Virus record (IMG/VR): IMGVR_UViG_3300003962_000117
DNA: 64,000 nt
Direction: 5' to 3' (one strand)
DNA from: an uncultured virus (IMG/VR IMGVR_UViG_3300003962_000117)
Taxonomy: Duplodnaviria > Heunggongvirae > Uroviricota > Caudoviricetes
Position numbers and translations under genes: made by a program. Positions 41,391 to 50,286 of the stretch are shown here, one piece after another (the first letter of the stretch is position 1; each line of letters starts with the position of its first letter). The notes below the pieces were generated by a model. It saw nothing but the letters and a program-made list of their open reading frames with translations, was not told the origin of the DNA and searched no databases.

Positions 41391-41642
41391 ATGGAGCTCA
41401 TAGGTGAAAATATAAAGAGTAGTGGTCTTTCAGACTTCAAAGACCCGTTCAATAAAGAATGCGTAAGGGAAATTTTCTTTTTTGTAAGAAAGGAATTTTG
41501 TGGGAATAAGGGTATTCAATATGACTCTACCGTATATTTCAAAAACGGCAATACTAAGGGAGAGCAAAATATAAAAGCTGACGATTTCGTCTCCCTCGTA
41601 AAAAAGACAGAAGATTTTGTGAAATCATTAGAGAATAAATGA
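41391..41642 (+). CDS. hypothetical protein
   Basis: packed ORF. Confidence 0.6.
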   Translation: MELIGENIKSSGLSDFKDPFNKECVREIFFFVRKEFCGNKGIQYDSTVYFKNGNTKGEQNIKADDFVSLVKKTEDFVKSLENK

Positions 41643-42418
41643 AAGAGTTTTATTATCAGATAAAAGGCAAGCGGGCAAAGAAAGACCGAAATAGCGGCCT
41701 TTACAATGGAATTTCCAACTGGACATTTCCTCCTATATTTTCCGGAAAGGTAGAGGCTGAAACAAAAGAAGAGGCGAATGAAAAAATAAATGCTCTATAT
41801 GGAAAAAAATTTCCAAGACGGGTGGCCAAAAAGGATTTGAAATCAAATGAGTTCCTGCTGCATATCGAAGAGATAAAAGAGGGCAGTCATTTATCCAGAT
41901 TATTCCAAGAAAATAAATGCGAGCACTGCCAGAGACCTTACAGGATTATTGACAAGTATAATGACAGTCATTGCGATTATAAAGGATTTGGCTATTGTTC
42001 AAATCATTGCAGACAACAGGCGTATCAGGTTCAACAATACAAGCGCAGGGAGATGGAGAATAACGGCATGGGCGGAACCCGTGCGCCAGTCATCTATAAA
42101 ATAACCAACCGGAATACGAGTCAGGTTTATATCGGAAAGACGAATCAAGTATTTACTCTCCGGTGGTATCAGCACTTTTTTCAAAGCGAGAACACCAAAT
42201 TCCATAAAGCAATCAATTCTACAAAGGTGACGGAGTGGCTCTTCGAGATAATCGAGATAGTAAGCATTCCGGACGAATTGAAAGCCGATATGGACATTCA
42301 AAAGTACATTGTGTCCCGCGAAATGCACTGGATAAATCATTACAACTCCATTAATAACGGATACAATACGCTTTCCTCAATAGACGAAAAGGAGAGCGCT
42401 GAAAAATTAATGCAATGA
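41639..42418 (+). CDS. GIY-YIG endonuclease domain protein
   Basis: IYKITN...VYIGKT...RW.QH...E..WI......NGYN. Confidence 0.85.
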   Translation: MKEFYYQIKGKRAKKDRNSGLYNGISNWTFPPIFSGKVEAETKEEANEKINALYGKKFPRRVAKKDLKSNEFLLHIEEIKEGSHLSRLFQENKCEHCQRPYRIIDKYNDSHCDYKGFGYCSNHCRQQAYQVQQYKRREMENNGMGGTRAPVIYKITNRNTSQVYIGKTNQVFTLRWYQHFFQSENTKFHKAINSTKVTEWLFEIIEIVSIPDELKADMDIQKYIVSREMHWINHYNSINNGYNTLSSIDEKESAEKLMQ

Positions 42419-42654
42419 CAGTTAAAGAAGGAACATATATGGTGATGTGGTTTTACAACCAAGATAATCCAAAAGAAGGAATCTCTACGAAATTATTTGA
42501 CTCCGTTCTGGATGTTCATGATTTCATAAGAGAAAATATCAAAGGAGACCATCTCATATTGAAATGCGCATCCACCCTAAAGAATAAAGACAACTGGGTT
42601 ATCGTCAAATTGAATTACTCAAAAAGCAATATCTGGAAAATATTTAAAAAATAA
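42415..42654 (+). CDS. hypothetical protein
   Basis: ATGA overlap. Confidence 0.55.
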   Translation: MTVKEGTYMVMWFYNQDNPKEGISTKLFDSVLDVHDFIRENIKGDHLILKCASTLKNKDNWVIVKLNYSKSNIWKIFKK

Positions 42655-42655
42655 A

Positions 42656-42925
42656 TTGACAATGGAACTAAAATTATTTTCTGCCACTATTGAATGCTGG
42701 AATAGCTGCTATACTCAGACCTATGTGATAGCCGCAAAAGACAGTAGCGGGGCGCACAGGCTCATTAAAGAGAAGAGACAAAAAGACCACAACACCGACT
42801 ACTTGAAGTATCTTCGGGAGGTTCAGGAAATTCCAATTAAGGTGAGCGAAAACGACCACGAAAAGATAGTGGAAGTATGGTTTGGTCACAATGAAAGCAA
42901 GAACAGGTCAATGGTTGACGATTAA
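42656..42925 (+). CDS. hypothetical protein
   Basis: packed ORF. Confidence 0.55.
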   Translation: MTMELKLFSATIECWNSCYTQTYVIAAKDSSGAHRLIKEKRQKDHNTDYLKYLREVQEIPIKVSENDHEKIVEVWFGHNESKNRSMVDD

Positions 42926-42937
42926 CACAAAACAAAT

Positions 42938-43702
42938 ATGATACACAATCACATTCAAAAACCAGTCGTATTTTTCGACCTCGAAACAACCGGAGTGGAC
43001 ATCGCCAAAGACCGCATCGTAAGCATCTATCTGAAAAAGATTGAGCCGAGCGGAAGAATAGTAGAATCAGGCTGCTATTATGTAAATCCTCAGATGCCCA
43101 TCCCTATTGAGGCGTCAAATGTTCATGGGATTACTGATGAAAAGGTTAAAGACGCTCTTACTTTTGACAAGATAGCTAAACCGATACATGATTTCATTGA
43201 AGGCTGCGACCTTGCCGGATTCAATATCGTTTATTTTGACATCCCGCTACTGGCAGAAGAATTTGCGAGGTGCGACATGAGCTTCCCGTCTCCAGAAGCA
43301 AAATTCTACGATAGCTGCACTGTGTTCAAGATGAAAGAACGCAGAACGCTTGGAGCTGGATATAAATTCTACTGTGGAAAGGAGCTGACGGACGCTCATG
43401 ATGCACGGGCGGACGTAAATGCAACATTCGAGATACTCCCTAAACAAATGGAAATGTACGGAATGACGCTGGACGATGTGGCCAAAATGTCGAAGCCGGA
43501 TACCCGCGTTGACTTGGCGGGCAAGATTATGCTTGATAAAGACGGAGACCCCATATATACTTTTGGAAAATCTCGTGGCGTAAAAATAAAAAATGACCCA
43601 ACATTCGGAACTTGGATGCTCTCGCAATCCTTCGTTACGCTGGATACAAAGCGCCACATAAGAAGAATCTTTAAAGAACTAAACGAAAAACATACCTCAT
43701 GA
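42938..43702 (+). CDS. dnaQ: DEDDh 3'-5' exonuclease (DNA Pol III epsilon-like)
   Basis: FFDLETTG, VHGITD, GFN..FD, AHDARAD motifs. Confidence 0.9.
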   Translation: MIHNHIQKPVVFFDLETTGVDIAKDRIVSIYLKKIEPSGRIVESGCYYVNPQMPIPIEASNVHGITDEKVKDALTFDKIAKPIHDFIEGCDLAGFNIVYFDIPLLAEEFARCDMSFPSPEAKFYDSCTVFKMKERRTLGAGYKFYCGKELTDAHDARADVNATFEILPKQMEMYGMTLDDVAKMSKPDTRVDLAGKIMLDKDGDPIYTFGKSRGVKIKNDPTFGTWMLSQSFVTLDTKRHIRRIFKELNEKHTS

Positions 43703-43911
43703 AATCGTATTTCGTTATCAAAAAATGGTACTACAAATTTGGATGGTACTACTACTCAGGAAATAAGCCAACCACCAGCACTTTTTCCGACAACATCACT
43801 AAGGCGATACTGTACAGTGATTTTGACGGAGCGGAAGAAATATTGAAAAAAATATCCACTCATGCTGTCGGAGACATATTTTCGATTGAAAAAATATACA
43901 TGAAAAGATAA
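43699..43911 (+). CDS. hypothetical protein
   Basis: packed ORF. Confidence 0.55.
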   Translation: MKSYFVIKKWYYKFGWYYYSGNKPTTSTFSDNITKAILYSDFDGAEEILKKISTHAVGDIFSIEKIYMKR

Positions 43912-44408
43912 TGAACAAGAAAATACTCTTCATAGATATGGACGGAGTGGTTTGCGATTTAGGCAAAGCCATAAATAAGCTGAGGCCGGATTTAGACCCA
44001 AAAGTATTTCATTCAGATGTTGATGATTTATTTAAGGCTAATCCGTATATGTTTCACGACCTCGAACCAATAGAGGGGGCAATTAGCGCAGTGATAGACC
44101 TATCGCAGCATTTCGACCTCTATTTCCTGTCAACTCCAGCATGGGCTTCTCCAGATAGTTTTAGCGGAAAACGCATCTGGCTAGAAAATCATTTCGGGAG
44201 TCATGCCGAAAGAAGATTGATACTCACCCATAGAAAGGATTTGGTGATGGGACATTACCTCGTTGATGATAGCGAAAGACATGGAGTGAAGGACTTCAAG
44301 GGAGAGCATATTCATTTTGGCACTGAAAAATTCCCTGATTGGAAATCCGTATATGATTACTTAATGATTGATGCGGAAGCAAGAAAATCAATAGATAAAT
44401 ATTTGTAA
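43911..44408 (+). CDS. 5'(3')-deoxyribonucleotidase (NT5C, HAD)
   Basis: IDMDGVVCD, LST, K..WL..HFG, THRKDL..G.YLVDD. Confidence 0.9.
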   Translation: MNKKILFIDMDGVVCDLGKAINKLRPDLDPKVFHSDVDDLFKANPYMFHDLEPIEGAISAVIDLSQHFDLYFLSTPAWASPDSFSGKRIWLENHFGSHAERRLILTHRKDLVMGHYLVDDSERHGVKDFKGEHIHFGTEKFPDWKSVYDYLMIDAEARKSIDKYL

Positions 44409-44415
44409 CCTGCGC

Positions 44416-44847
44416 ATGGAATTAAAGTATTTCAACATAGGTGACGATAAGGATACTCTCAAGAAGAAGTGGAAGCAGCTTGCCTTAAAGCATCATCCAG
44501 ACCGAAATCTGGGCAAGGAGGCCGAATCCACCAAAATAATGCAGGAGATAAATAATGAGCTGGCTTATTGCATTAAGTATGGGGGCGGATTTGATGTAGG
44601 AAAAATAGACCTAAATAATGCTGATGATGCCATTACTATCATTAATCGGATAATGAACGAAATGATTGATGAGGCGATAAATTCCGAACCTAATTATTCT
44701 GTACGAAATTTCTTCACTCAGGCAAAAGGATTTATGGGCAGCATCGGAGCTCCGCCCAAAATAATACCTGTCCTGAAAGATGATGACAACGAAAACAATA
44801 AATCCATAATCTATGTCCAGAAAATACACCGCAAAAAGAAAAGATGA
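44416..44847 (+). CDS. J-domain protein
   Basis: LKKKWKQLALKHHPDR...MQEIN. Confidence 0.8.
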   Translation: MELKYFNIGDDKDTLKKKWKQLALKHHPDRNLGKEAESTKIMQEINNELAYCIKYGGGFDVGKIDLNNADDAITIINRIMNEMIDEAINSEPNYSVRNFFTQAKGFMGSIGAPPKIIPVLKDDDNENNKSIIYVQKIHRKKKR

Positions 44848-45058
44848 AATCAAGAAGAGGGAATCAAAAGCAACCTCGAATCCAAAACTTCAAATTACTA
44901 ATGAGATTATCTGCATGAGCTGCGGAAAATTTTCCGGCTGGACAAATGACGACCTCGTGTATGTGAGCGGGCGCAGGACAATTAACTGCAAGTCATGTAA
45001 AAAGCCTTGCATCGAAGTGATGTGCAAAACGAATGGAATAGAAAATAAAAATCTATAA
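44813..45058 (+). CDS. zinc-ribbon protein
   Basis: CMSC...CKSC. Confidence 0.55.
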   Translation: MSRKYTAKRKDEIKKRESKATSNPKLQITNEIICMSCGKFSGWTNDDLVYVSGRRTINCKSCKKPCIEVMCKTNGIENKNL

Positions 45059-45059
45059 T

Positions 45060-45581
45060 ATGCTTACAGAAACACTATCCGGTAAATGCCCTTGCTGCAA
45101 CTATGACAAACTTTTGCAGCGATATGGAAGTCAGGGCTACTATCAGCTTGACGGATGCCCCAACTGCGGATTTGGATACGGATATTCTATGGGTCAGGAG
45201 CATGAGACCGTAGTTGGCGAAGATGCGTGGCTCGACTATGGCGCACACCTGATGGCTTGCTTGGATGCTGAAAAATATGAGAGTATGTTTCAGGATGATG
45301 AGTGCGTTGTAAGAGAAGAAAGCGAAGCCCTTGATGGTGCAAGTAAAAAAGGGGAGAGAATAACCTATCATGGCGGTAGAACCAGAGGGCAGAAGGCGTT
45401 TGACCATGCCGTTCAATTATTCAAGAGCCTGCCCAAAGAGGAATTACGCAAGCGGATATTTGACTGGGCGGAAAGCACCGACAGGAGCGATGATGTTGAG
45501 ACAACTGTATTTAAGTACACCGAAGATGATATTAAAAATTATCTGGCCACCAATCCTGTAATCTTCAAAAAAGTTGCTTAA
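45060..45581 (+). CDS. hypothetical zinc-binding protein
   Basis: CPCC...CPNCG. Confidence 0.65.
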   Translation: MLTETLSGKCPCCNYDKLLQRYGSQGYYQLDGCPNCGFGYGYSMGQEHETVVGEDAWLDYGAHLMACLDAEKYESMFQDDECVVREESEALDGASKKGERITYHGGRTRGQKAFDHAVQLFKSLPKEELRKRIFDWAESTDRSDDVETTVFKYTEDDIKNYLATNPVIFKKVA

Positions 45582-46050
45582 ATCTGAGGACATACTCAAT
45601 TCAACTTTTGAATATGCGTGCTCCACTTCAATAAAAGAAAATGAGAGCAAGGAGACGCTATTAAAAAAGTTCAATGGAGACAAGATAGCTCTAATGAAAT
45701 TTCTTAGAGACCGTAGTTATGATGAGTGGATTAAGACAAATAAGAAGCCAGCCGACACGAGCGACATTCAGAAGGGAATCCAAAAAGTAATTGATAAGCG
45801 TAAGGAGGAAAAAGAAAAGGAAAGAGAGCTTGAGGAGAAATTTAACAAAGACAAGGATAAAAATAACGATGCTCCGGCTGTTGAAGAAAAGAAGCCGATA
45901 GGACTTGCTGGGATAGTGGAAAAAGCAACCTCTCCGCGACCTCCAGCTCCCAAGCAGAAGCAGCAAGCTGCCGAGAAAAAGCGAACATGGACTAAGGCTC
46001 CTAAGAAGTCGCCTCCTCCGGACAACAGTGGCCAAGCAAGCCTTTTTTAA
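45574..46050 (+). CDS. hypothetical protein
   Basis: low-complexity tail ending QASLF (clamp-binding-like); start uncertain. Confidence 0.6.
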   Translation: MLKSEDILNSTFEYACSTSIKENESKETLLKKFNGDKIALMKFLRDRSYDEWIKTNKKPADTSDIQKGIQKVIDKRKEEKEKERELEEKFNKDKDKNNDAPAVEEKKPIGLAGIVEKATSPRPPAPKQKQQAAEKKRTWTKAPKKSPPPDNSGQASLF

Positions 46051-46062
46051 AATCCAATAACT

Positions 46063-46821
46063 ATGTCAGATATTTACTCTACGCTTCGAGGCAGATTTCC
46101 AGAGAACGAATACGTTCTGATGAAAGAAGTCAGCGATAAAGCCGGACATGGACGGTCAAGGTCTGCCGATTACATTGCGGTCAACTTGTATCCATCCAGA
46201 GGGCTCGCCATTCATGGCATTGAGCTCAAAAGCTATCGCGGGGACTGGCTTAACGAATTAAAAAATCCATCCAAGCAAGAAAATCATTTTCAATATTGTG
46301 ACTACTTCTGGTTACTCACAGAGGATGAAAAGATTGCGAAGCTGGAAGAAATACCTGTCTCATGGGGCTGGCTCTGCATCAGAGGAGATAGGATTTTCAC
46401 CAAGAAGCAAGCGCCCCAATTAAAAAAGCCAAAGCCCGTAACAAGGAGCTTCATGTGCGCCATGTTAAAAAGAGCGGCAAGCAAAGACGGATATATTCTT
46501 CGGGAGTCAATCAAAGATAAAATAGATGACGCATATAAGCGTGGCGAAGATGCGAGTTTCCGCGAAATGAAAAAATTAAAAGACAGGCTAATTGAGATAG
46601 AGAAAAATATTGATGAGTTCGAGAAAGCGTCTGGCGTTTCCCTGAAAGAGTTGACCAGAGATTATTTTTGGGGAGACCCCGAAAAAATGGGCAAGACATT
46701 TAAGCTGCTCAATGACGCCAGAGGTATTGATGGTATCAGGGGCGAGCTGACAAGGCTGGAGGAAATATCGAAAGATATTTACGAAAAAATATCAAGTACC
46801 GTGAAATTGCTACCGCAATAA
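46063..46821 (+). CDS. MmcB-like / restriction-fold nuclease
   Basis: EV...RSAD.IA..L.PSRG..IHGIELKS.R.DW..EL..P.K. Confidence 0.65.
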   Translation: MSDIYSTLRGRFPENEYVLMKEVSDKAGHGRSRSADYIAVNLYPSRGLAIHGIELKSYRGDWLNELKNPSKQENHFQYCDYFWLLTEDEKIAKLEEIPVSWGWLCIRGDRIFTKKQAPQLKKPKPVTRSFMCAMLKRAASKDGYILRESIKDKIDDAYKRGEDASFREMKKLKDRLIEIEKNIDEFEKASGVSLKELTRDYFWGDPEKMGKTFKLLNDARGIDGIRGELTRLEEISKDIYEKISSTVKLLPQ

Positions 46822-46861
46822 GTGGTTGATAACTATTTAATAAGCAATCCTATATATTGCA

Positions 46862-46869
46862 TAATTTTG
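46862..46869 (+). promoter_or_regulatory. Bacteroidota -7 promoter element upstream of ssb
   Basis: TAATTTTG in intergenic gap. Confidence 0.6.
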
Positions 46870-46910
46870 TCACCGAACAACGACAAAAACAACCATAACA
46901 AAAAGAAACC

Positions 46911-47315
46911 ATGTCTGTAAATCGCGTCACGCTAATCGGCAACTTGGGCAAGAATCCCGAAATCAAACAACTCGAAGATGGGGCTACACTCGCAACATTC
47001 CCTCTTGCAACAAATGAAACATTCAAAGATAAATCTACCGGAGAAAAAAGAGAGCAGGTAGAATGGCATAACATCGCCATGTGGCGCGGCCTTGCGGAGA
47101 GCGTTCAAAAATCCGAACTCAAGAAGGGAGACCAGATATATCTGGAAGGCAAAATCAGGTCTCGCAAATGGCAGGATAAAGAAGGGAACAACAAGCAGAA
47201 TGTTGAAATCGTTGCCGACTCCTTCACTATCCTGAGTAGAAAGAGGAATGATAGCGCTGCTCCTCCGGACGCTGCGACTAAAAATGATGCCGAGTCCGTT
47301 GTTAACAATTACTAA
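46911..47315 (+). CDS. ssb: single-stranded DNA-binding protein
   Basis: SVNRVTLIGNLGKNPE, LATNE, EWHNI, LKKG..IYLEGKI. Confidence 0.95.
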   Translation: MSVNRVTLIGNLGKNPEIKQLEDGATLATFPLATNETFKDKSTGEKREQVEWHNIAMWRGLAESVQKSELKKGDQIYLEGKIRSRKWQDKEGNNKQNVEIVADSFTILSRKRNDSAAPPDAATKNDAESVVNNY

Positions 47316-47325
47316 AATCAATCAC

Positions 47326-47574
47326 ATGGTAAAGAAATTGTCTTGGCTTGTGCTGACAAATATAGGCCGCTACCTATTATTTTTTGTGATGTTGATTATC
47401 GGATGGTTTCTTGCCGACAACATTTCTAATCCCAATGGCCTCGCCTATTCGATACTTAACTGGATAGGCTGGATTGGAGCTGCGGGGATAGCCATACAAA
47501 CGCTTGTATTCATAGCATTCGCATGGATTATCAACCCAATAAGAGAGAAAAAGAATGAGAACCGACAGAACTGA
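47326..47574 (+). CDS. small membrane protein
   Basis: two hydrophobic helices. Confidence 0.6.
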   Translation: MVKKLSWLVLTNIGRYLLFFVMLIIGWFLADNISNPNGLAYSILNWIGWIGAAGIAIQTLVFIAFAWIINPIREKKNENRQN

Positions 47575-47785
47575 CATTTGGGGAGAAGAAGTGTTCGTGG
47601 GCGATACCGTCCGCGTTGGTGCGAAGCCGTACCTCATCAAATATGGCAACTACAAGCATTTAGGCGTTGAGAGAATAGGCATCTATGCTGAGAGCGAATC
47701 TCAGAGCCACCCAGCCGACATCATGCCTCTAATGCAGCTTAAAACCTTCATAAAGGTAAAAGAAGAGGATGCGGTACTTAGTTAA
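47555..47785 (+). CDS. YopX-like fragment / hypothetical protein
   Basis: DIWGEEVFVGDTV resembles D.NG.EI.EGDI. Confidence 0.45.
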   Translation: MRTDRTDIWGEEVFVGDTVRVGAKPYLIKYGNYKHLGVERIGIYAESESQSHPADIMPLMQLKTFIKVKEEDAVLS

Positions 47786-48392
47786 AGAGGGGCATCACAA
47801 CCGCCCATCCCTGCCGAGCATCCACTTTGGCATCAAGTACCTGAGATTTCGCATAAAATTCGAGGAAAATTGCTACTATCCGGTTCTGGATACGGATGAC
47901 TATGACCTCAATAAAGGCTATGGCTGGACGTACTGGCTAATCCACCACAATTCAATCCGGCTCTGCTGGAGACCAGATGAGAAGCTGGTCAACAGAATCC
48001 AGCTCCATACTTATGTCTATAATAAAGCGAGTGAGAAAAAAGTATCATGGAGCAGCATCTTTACCTCTGCGGATGGAAATATACTCAGCCGAATAAAGCG
48101 TGTAGTCATGAGCCGGATAAAAAGCGGGGTCAGGACTATGAATTATATCACGACCATCGAGACCGGAGTGTGGTACGATATTGAAATTAAAGTGACAGAA
48201 CCGCTAAACACGGTTTCATACTTGGTTAAGACCGATTCCGGATTATTCTTAGCTCAGACCGGAGAAAAATTTGTCATGCCCAAATTTAGATGGGGATATT
48301 TTGCCGACCTCTTTATGGGTGGGACTAAGCCCGCCAGACAAGATACAGTAGTCTGGATTGAGAAGATTGAGAGCCGATACTCTATCCTTTAA
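47769..48392 (+). CDS. hypothetical beta-rich protein
   Basis: 207-aa ORF, last of + strand run. Confidence 0.65.
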   Translation: MRYLVKEGHHNRPSLPSIHFGIKYLRFRIKFEENCYYPVLDTDDYDLNKGYGWTYWLIHHNSIRLCWRPDEKLVNRIQLHTYVYNKASEKKVSWSSIFTSADGNILSRIKRVVMSRIKSGVRTMNYITTIETGVWYDIEIKVTEPLNTVSYLVKTDSGLFLAQTGEKFVMPKFRWGYFADLFMGGTKPARQDTVVWIEKIESRYSIL

Positions 48393-48582
48393 CAAATCTG
48401 ATTTTCCTGATTTCAGATTTCATCAAGACGACCATCGAATCAGAGTCGGCATCAACACTCCTTTTTTCCGAGAACTCGTAACAATCCTCGAACTCTTCAA
48501 CCTTTGAAGTTGGCTTGAACTCATCCGATTCTCCATCCTCATAGAGAACGCTAATGGAGGAGCATTTGTCTGGTAGTTTCAT
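48382..48582 (-). CDS. hypothetical acidic protein
   Basis: last ORF of - strand operon. Confidence 0.55.
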   Translation of the reverse strand: MKLPDKCSSISVLYEDGESDEFKPTSKVEEFEDCYEFSEKRSVDADSDSMVVLMKSEIRKIRFVKG

Positions 48583-48589
48583 ATTGGTG

Positions 48590-48718
48590 TTATTTGTGAT
48601 TTTCGATGTACTCTATCGCATCCTCAACGGTAACGATTTTTTCCATGTCATCATCCGGTATGGTTATCTTGAATGCTTTTTCAAGCTCAAGAATTAACTC
48701 CACCATGTCCAGAGAAGA
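48590..48718 (-). pseudogene. acpP: C-terminal half of acyl carrier protein
   Basis: [43 protein letters not shown]-terminal helix absent, replaced by tRNA-Cys. Confidence 0.75.
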
Positions 48719-48724
48719 CCCTTG

Positions 48725-48795
48725 AGGTCGTAATCTGATTTGAACAGATGTACGCAGTTTTGCAGACTGCTGGATAACCGCTCTCCCATACGACC
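48725..48795 (-). tRNA. tRNA-Cys(GCA)
   Basis: GGTCGTA/TACGACC stem, GCAGT CTGCAAA ACTGC, TTCAAAT T-loop, U73. Confidence 0.9.
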
Positions 48796-48878
48796 AATTA
48801 AACCCTGTCATCGCAATAGTCATCAAACCGAACTCAGTCGCAAGGGTTTTCAGCCCCATATTGCGAGACAAAGTTTTG

Positions 48879-48952
48879 AGCGAAAGACGGGGGTCGAACC
48901 CGCGAACCTCCACATTGGCAACGTGGCGCTCTACCGACTGAGCTACTTTCGC
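48879..48952 (-). tRNA. tRNA-Gly(GCC)
   Basis: GCGAAAG/CTTTCGC, CCACG TTGCCAA TGTGG. Confidence 0.92.
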
Positions 48953-48962
48953 ATGATAATAA

Positions 48963-49679
48963 TTATTCACGTTTATCTCTTTTTATATGCCTGTTTACCA
49001 TAGCGCATAGTGGTCGAAAATTCGTATAATGATTTAATCTTATTAATTCCTCTTTCGTCTTTGCGCTTTTTAATGGAACTATATGGTCTAAATCCCATCC
49101 ATAATTAAATTTTCCGTTATATTTGCCTTTATTTTTCCAAGTCATCCATTTTTCAAACTTGGACTCAATGTGTGTTTTAAATTCCAGAAATGTGCATCCT
49201 AATATGCTTTGAGTTACCTCCTTCTTAATATACCCATTCTTCTTGATAGACTCTCTTATCAATCTGCTAATAGTGCATTGCAGGGAAAACAATGAATTGT
49301 TCGCTCTTTTGTTTCTCATGTACATCCTTTTTCTTTCCCTGAATTTTATTTTATGTTCAACATAGTAGTCGTGAGCATATTGGGATAGGGCTTTCTTGTT
49401 TTTATCTCTATACACCTTAGTTGATGACAGGAAGCATTCTTTGCATACTTTTTTGTGTTTATAAAATTTAGAAATATCCTTAATCTCCAAGCATTTGCTG
49501 CATTTTTTTTGACTTATATTTCTGCCGAATGGAAGTATGATATTATTCTTTTTTGCAAATTTTTTAACTAACTTAAAGTTTCTCCCATAATATTTTAACC
49601 CTAAATTCTCCAATACGCCTCTCATATTTATGGAAGATTTAACTGCATTTGTTAGCTCTGTTTTCGTAATTTTTTTCAT
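48963..49679 (-). CDS. HNH-family endonuclease inside the tRNA array
   Basis: CSKC/CKEC zinc knuckle; ILGCT...MTWKN...WDLDHIVPL...[10 protein letters not shown]. Confidence 0.8.
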   Translation of the reverse strand: MKKITKTELTNAVKSSINMRGVLENLGLKYYGRNFKLVKKFAKKNNIILPFGRNISQKKCSKCLEIKDISKFYKHKKVCKECFLSSTKVYRDKNKKALSQYAHDYYVEHKIKFRERKRMYMRNKRANNSLFSLQCTISRLIRESIKKNGYIKKEVTQSILGCTFLEFKTHIESKFEKWMTWKNKGKYNGKFNYGWDLDHIVPLKSAKTKEELIRLNHYTNFRPLCAMVNRHIKRDKRE

Positions 49680-49880
49680 GGAAATTAGTATAACCCCGAT
49701 TCTGTTTTATTTTGTCATTTATCTAAGCCACAACCCGACTTCATAGGAAAACCGACATCCTCTGTCTGTTTGTGTTGCTACTTCCATAGTGATAGCGAAT
49801 GTTTTTCATTCTTCTATGTTAGGTTTGGTAGTCGGGAGTTTCCTCTGATAATTAACCAGCGACAAACCCTATTACTTCCA
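49677..49880 (-). ncRNA. rnpB: minimal RNase P RNA
   Basis: GAGGAAACTCCCGA pairs with AACAGAATCGGGGTTA (P4 with bulged U); P2 TTTGTC/GACAAA, P3 CTGGT/ATCAG, GGCTTAGATAAATGA, AGTAGCAACACAAA. Confidence 0.85.
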
Positions 49881-49888
49881 CAAATATA
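49881..49888 (-). promoter_or_regulatory. Bacteroidota -7 promoter for rnpB/HNH
   Basis: TATATTTG on - strand immediately 5' of the RNA. Confidence 0.6.
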
Positions 49889-49941
49889 CTATTTTTCAAG
49901 ATTCTGTTTTATAACACGCATATAATATTTCAAAAAACGAG

Positions 49942-50015
49942 AGCGGATGGCGAGGCTCGAACTCGCGACCTGAACATTGGAAGTGTTCCATTCTACCAAA
50001 CTGAACTACATCCGC
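49942..50015 (-). tRNA. tRNA-Gly(TCC)
   Basis: GCGGATG/CATCCGC, GAACA CTTCCAA TGTTC. Confidence 0.92.
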
Positions 50016-50025
50016 ATTTATTTAG

Positions 50026-50097
50026 TACCCCGTAGGGTAATCGAAACCCTATCTTTTGGTTGAAAACCAAACGTGCTGACCTTTACACCAACGGGGC
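50026..50097 (-). tRNA. tRNA-Glu(TTC)
   Basis: GCCCCGT/ACGGGGT, TTTGG TTTTCAA CCAAA. Confidence 0.88.
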
Positions 50098-50146
50098 GTA
50101 GTCTCCTCCGCCTCGTCAGTTTCTTCAACTATGTTAATCACGTTTG

Positions 50147-50275
50147 TCATTTTGCTTCTTGTTTCAAAATTCTCCTTGTTGATTTATTTGCCAGTCGTTT
50201 TCCATCTTTACGCAAGTGCTTGTGCCAGCCTGTTTCGCTTCTTGATTTTCCGCTTACCGGATATTGCTTTTTCAT
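50147..50275 (-). CDS. 42-aa basic peptide
   Basis: MKKQYPVSGKSRSETGWHKHLRKDGKRLANKSTRRILKQEAK*. Confidence 0.55.
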   Translation of the reverse strand: MKKQYPVSGKSRSETGWHKHLRKDGKRLANKSTRRILKQEAK

Positions 50276-50286
50276 TCTATTCTTAT

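Noticed and set aside
3256..47649. Numerous - strand ORFs of 60-195 aa within the + strand gene run
   Set aside because: Antisense shadows of tightly packed + strand genes, with no recognisable motifs
48806..48870. Hammerhead ribozyme (TTGATGA and GAAA present)
   Set aside because: Order and stem context of the core motifs do not fit any hammerhead permutation
48590..48970. 126-aa ORF ending in an ACP domain
   Set aside because: Its N-terminal part is read through tRNA-Gly and tRNA-Cys; only the last ~43 codons are protein-like
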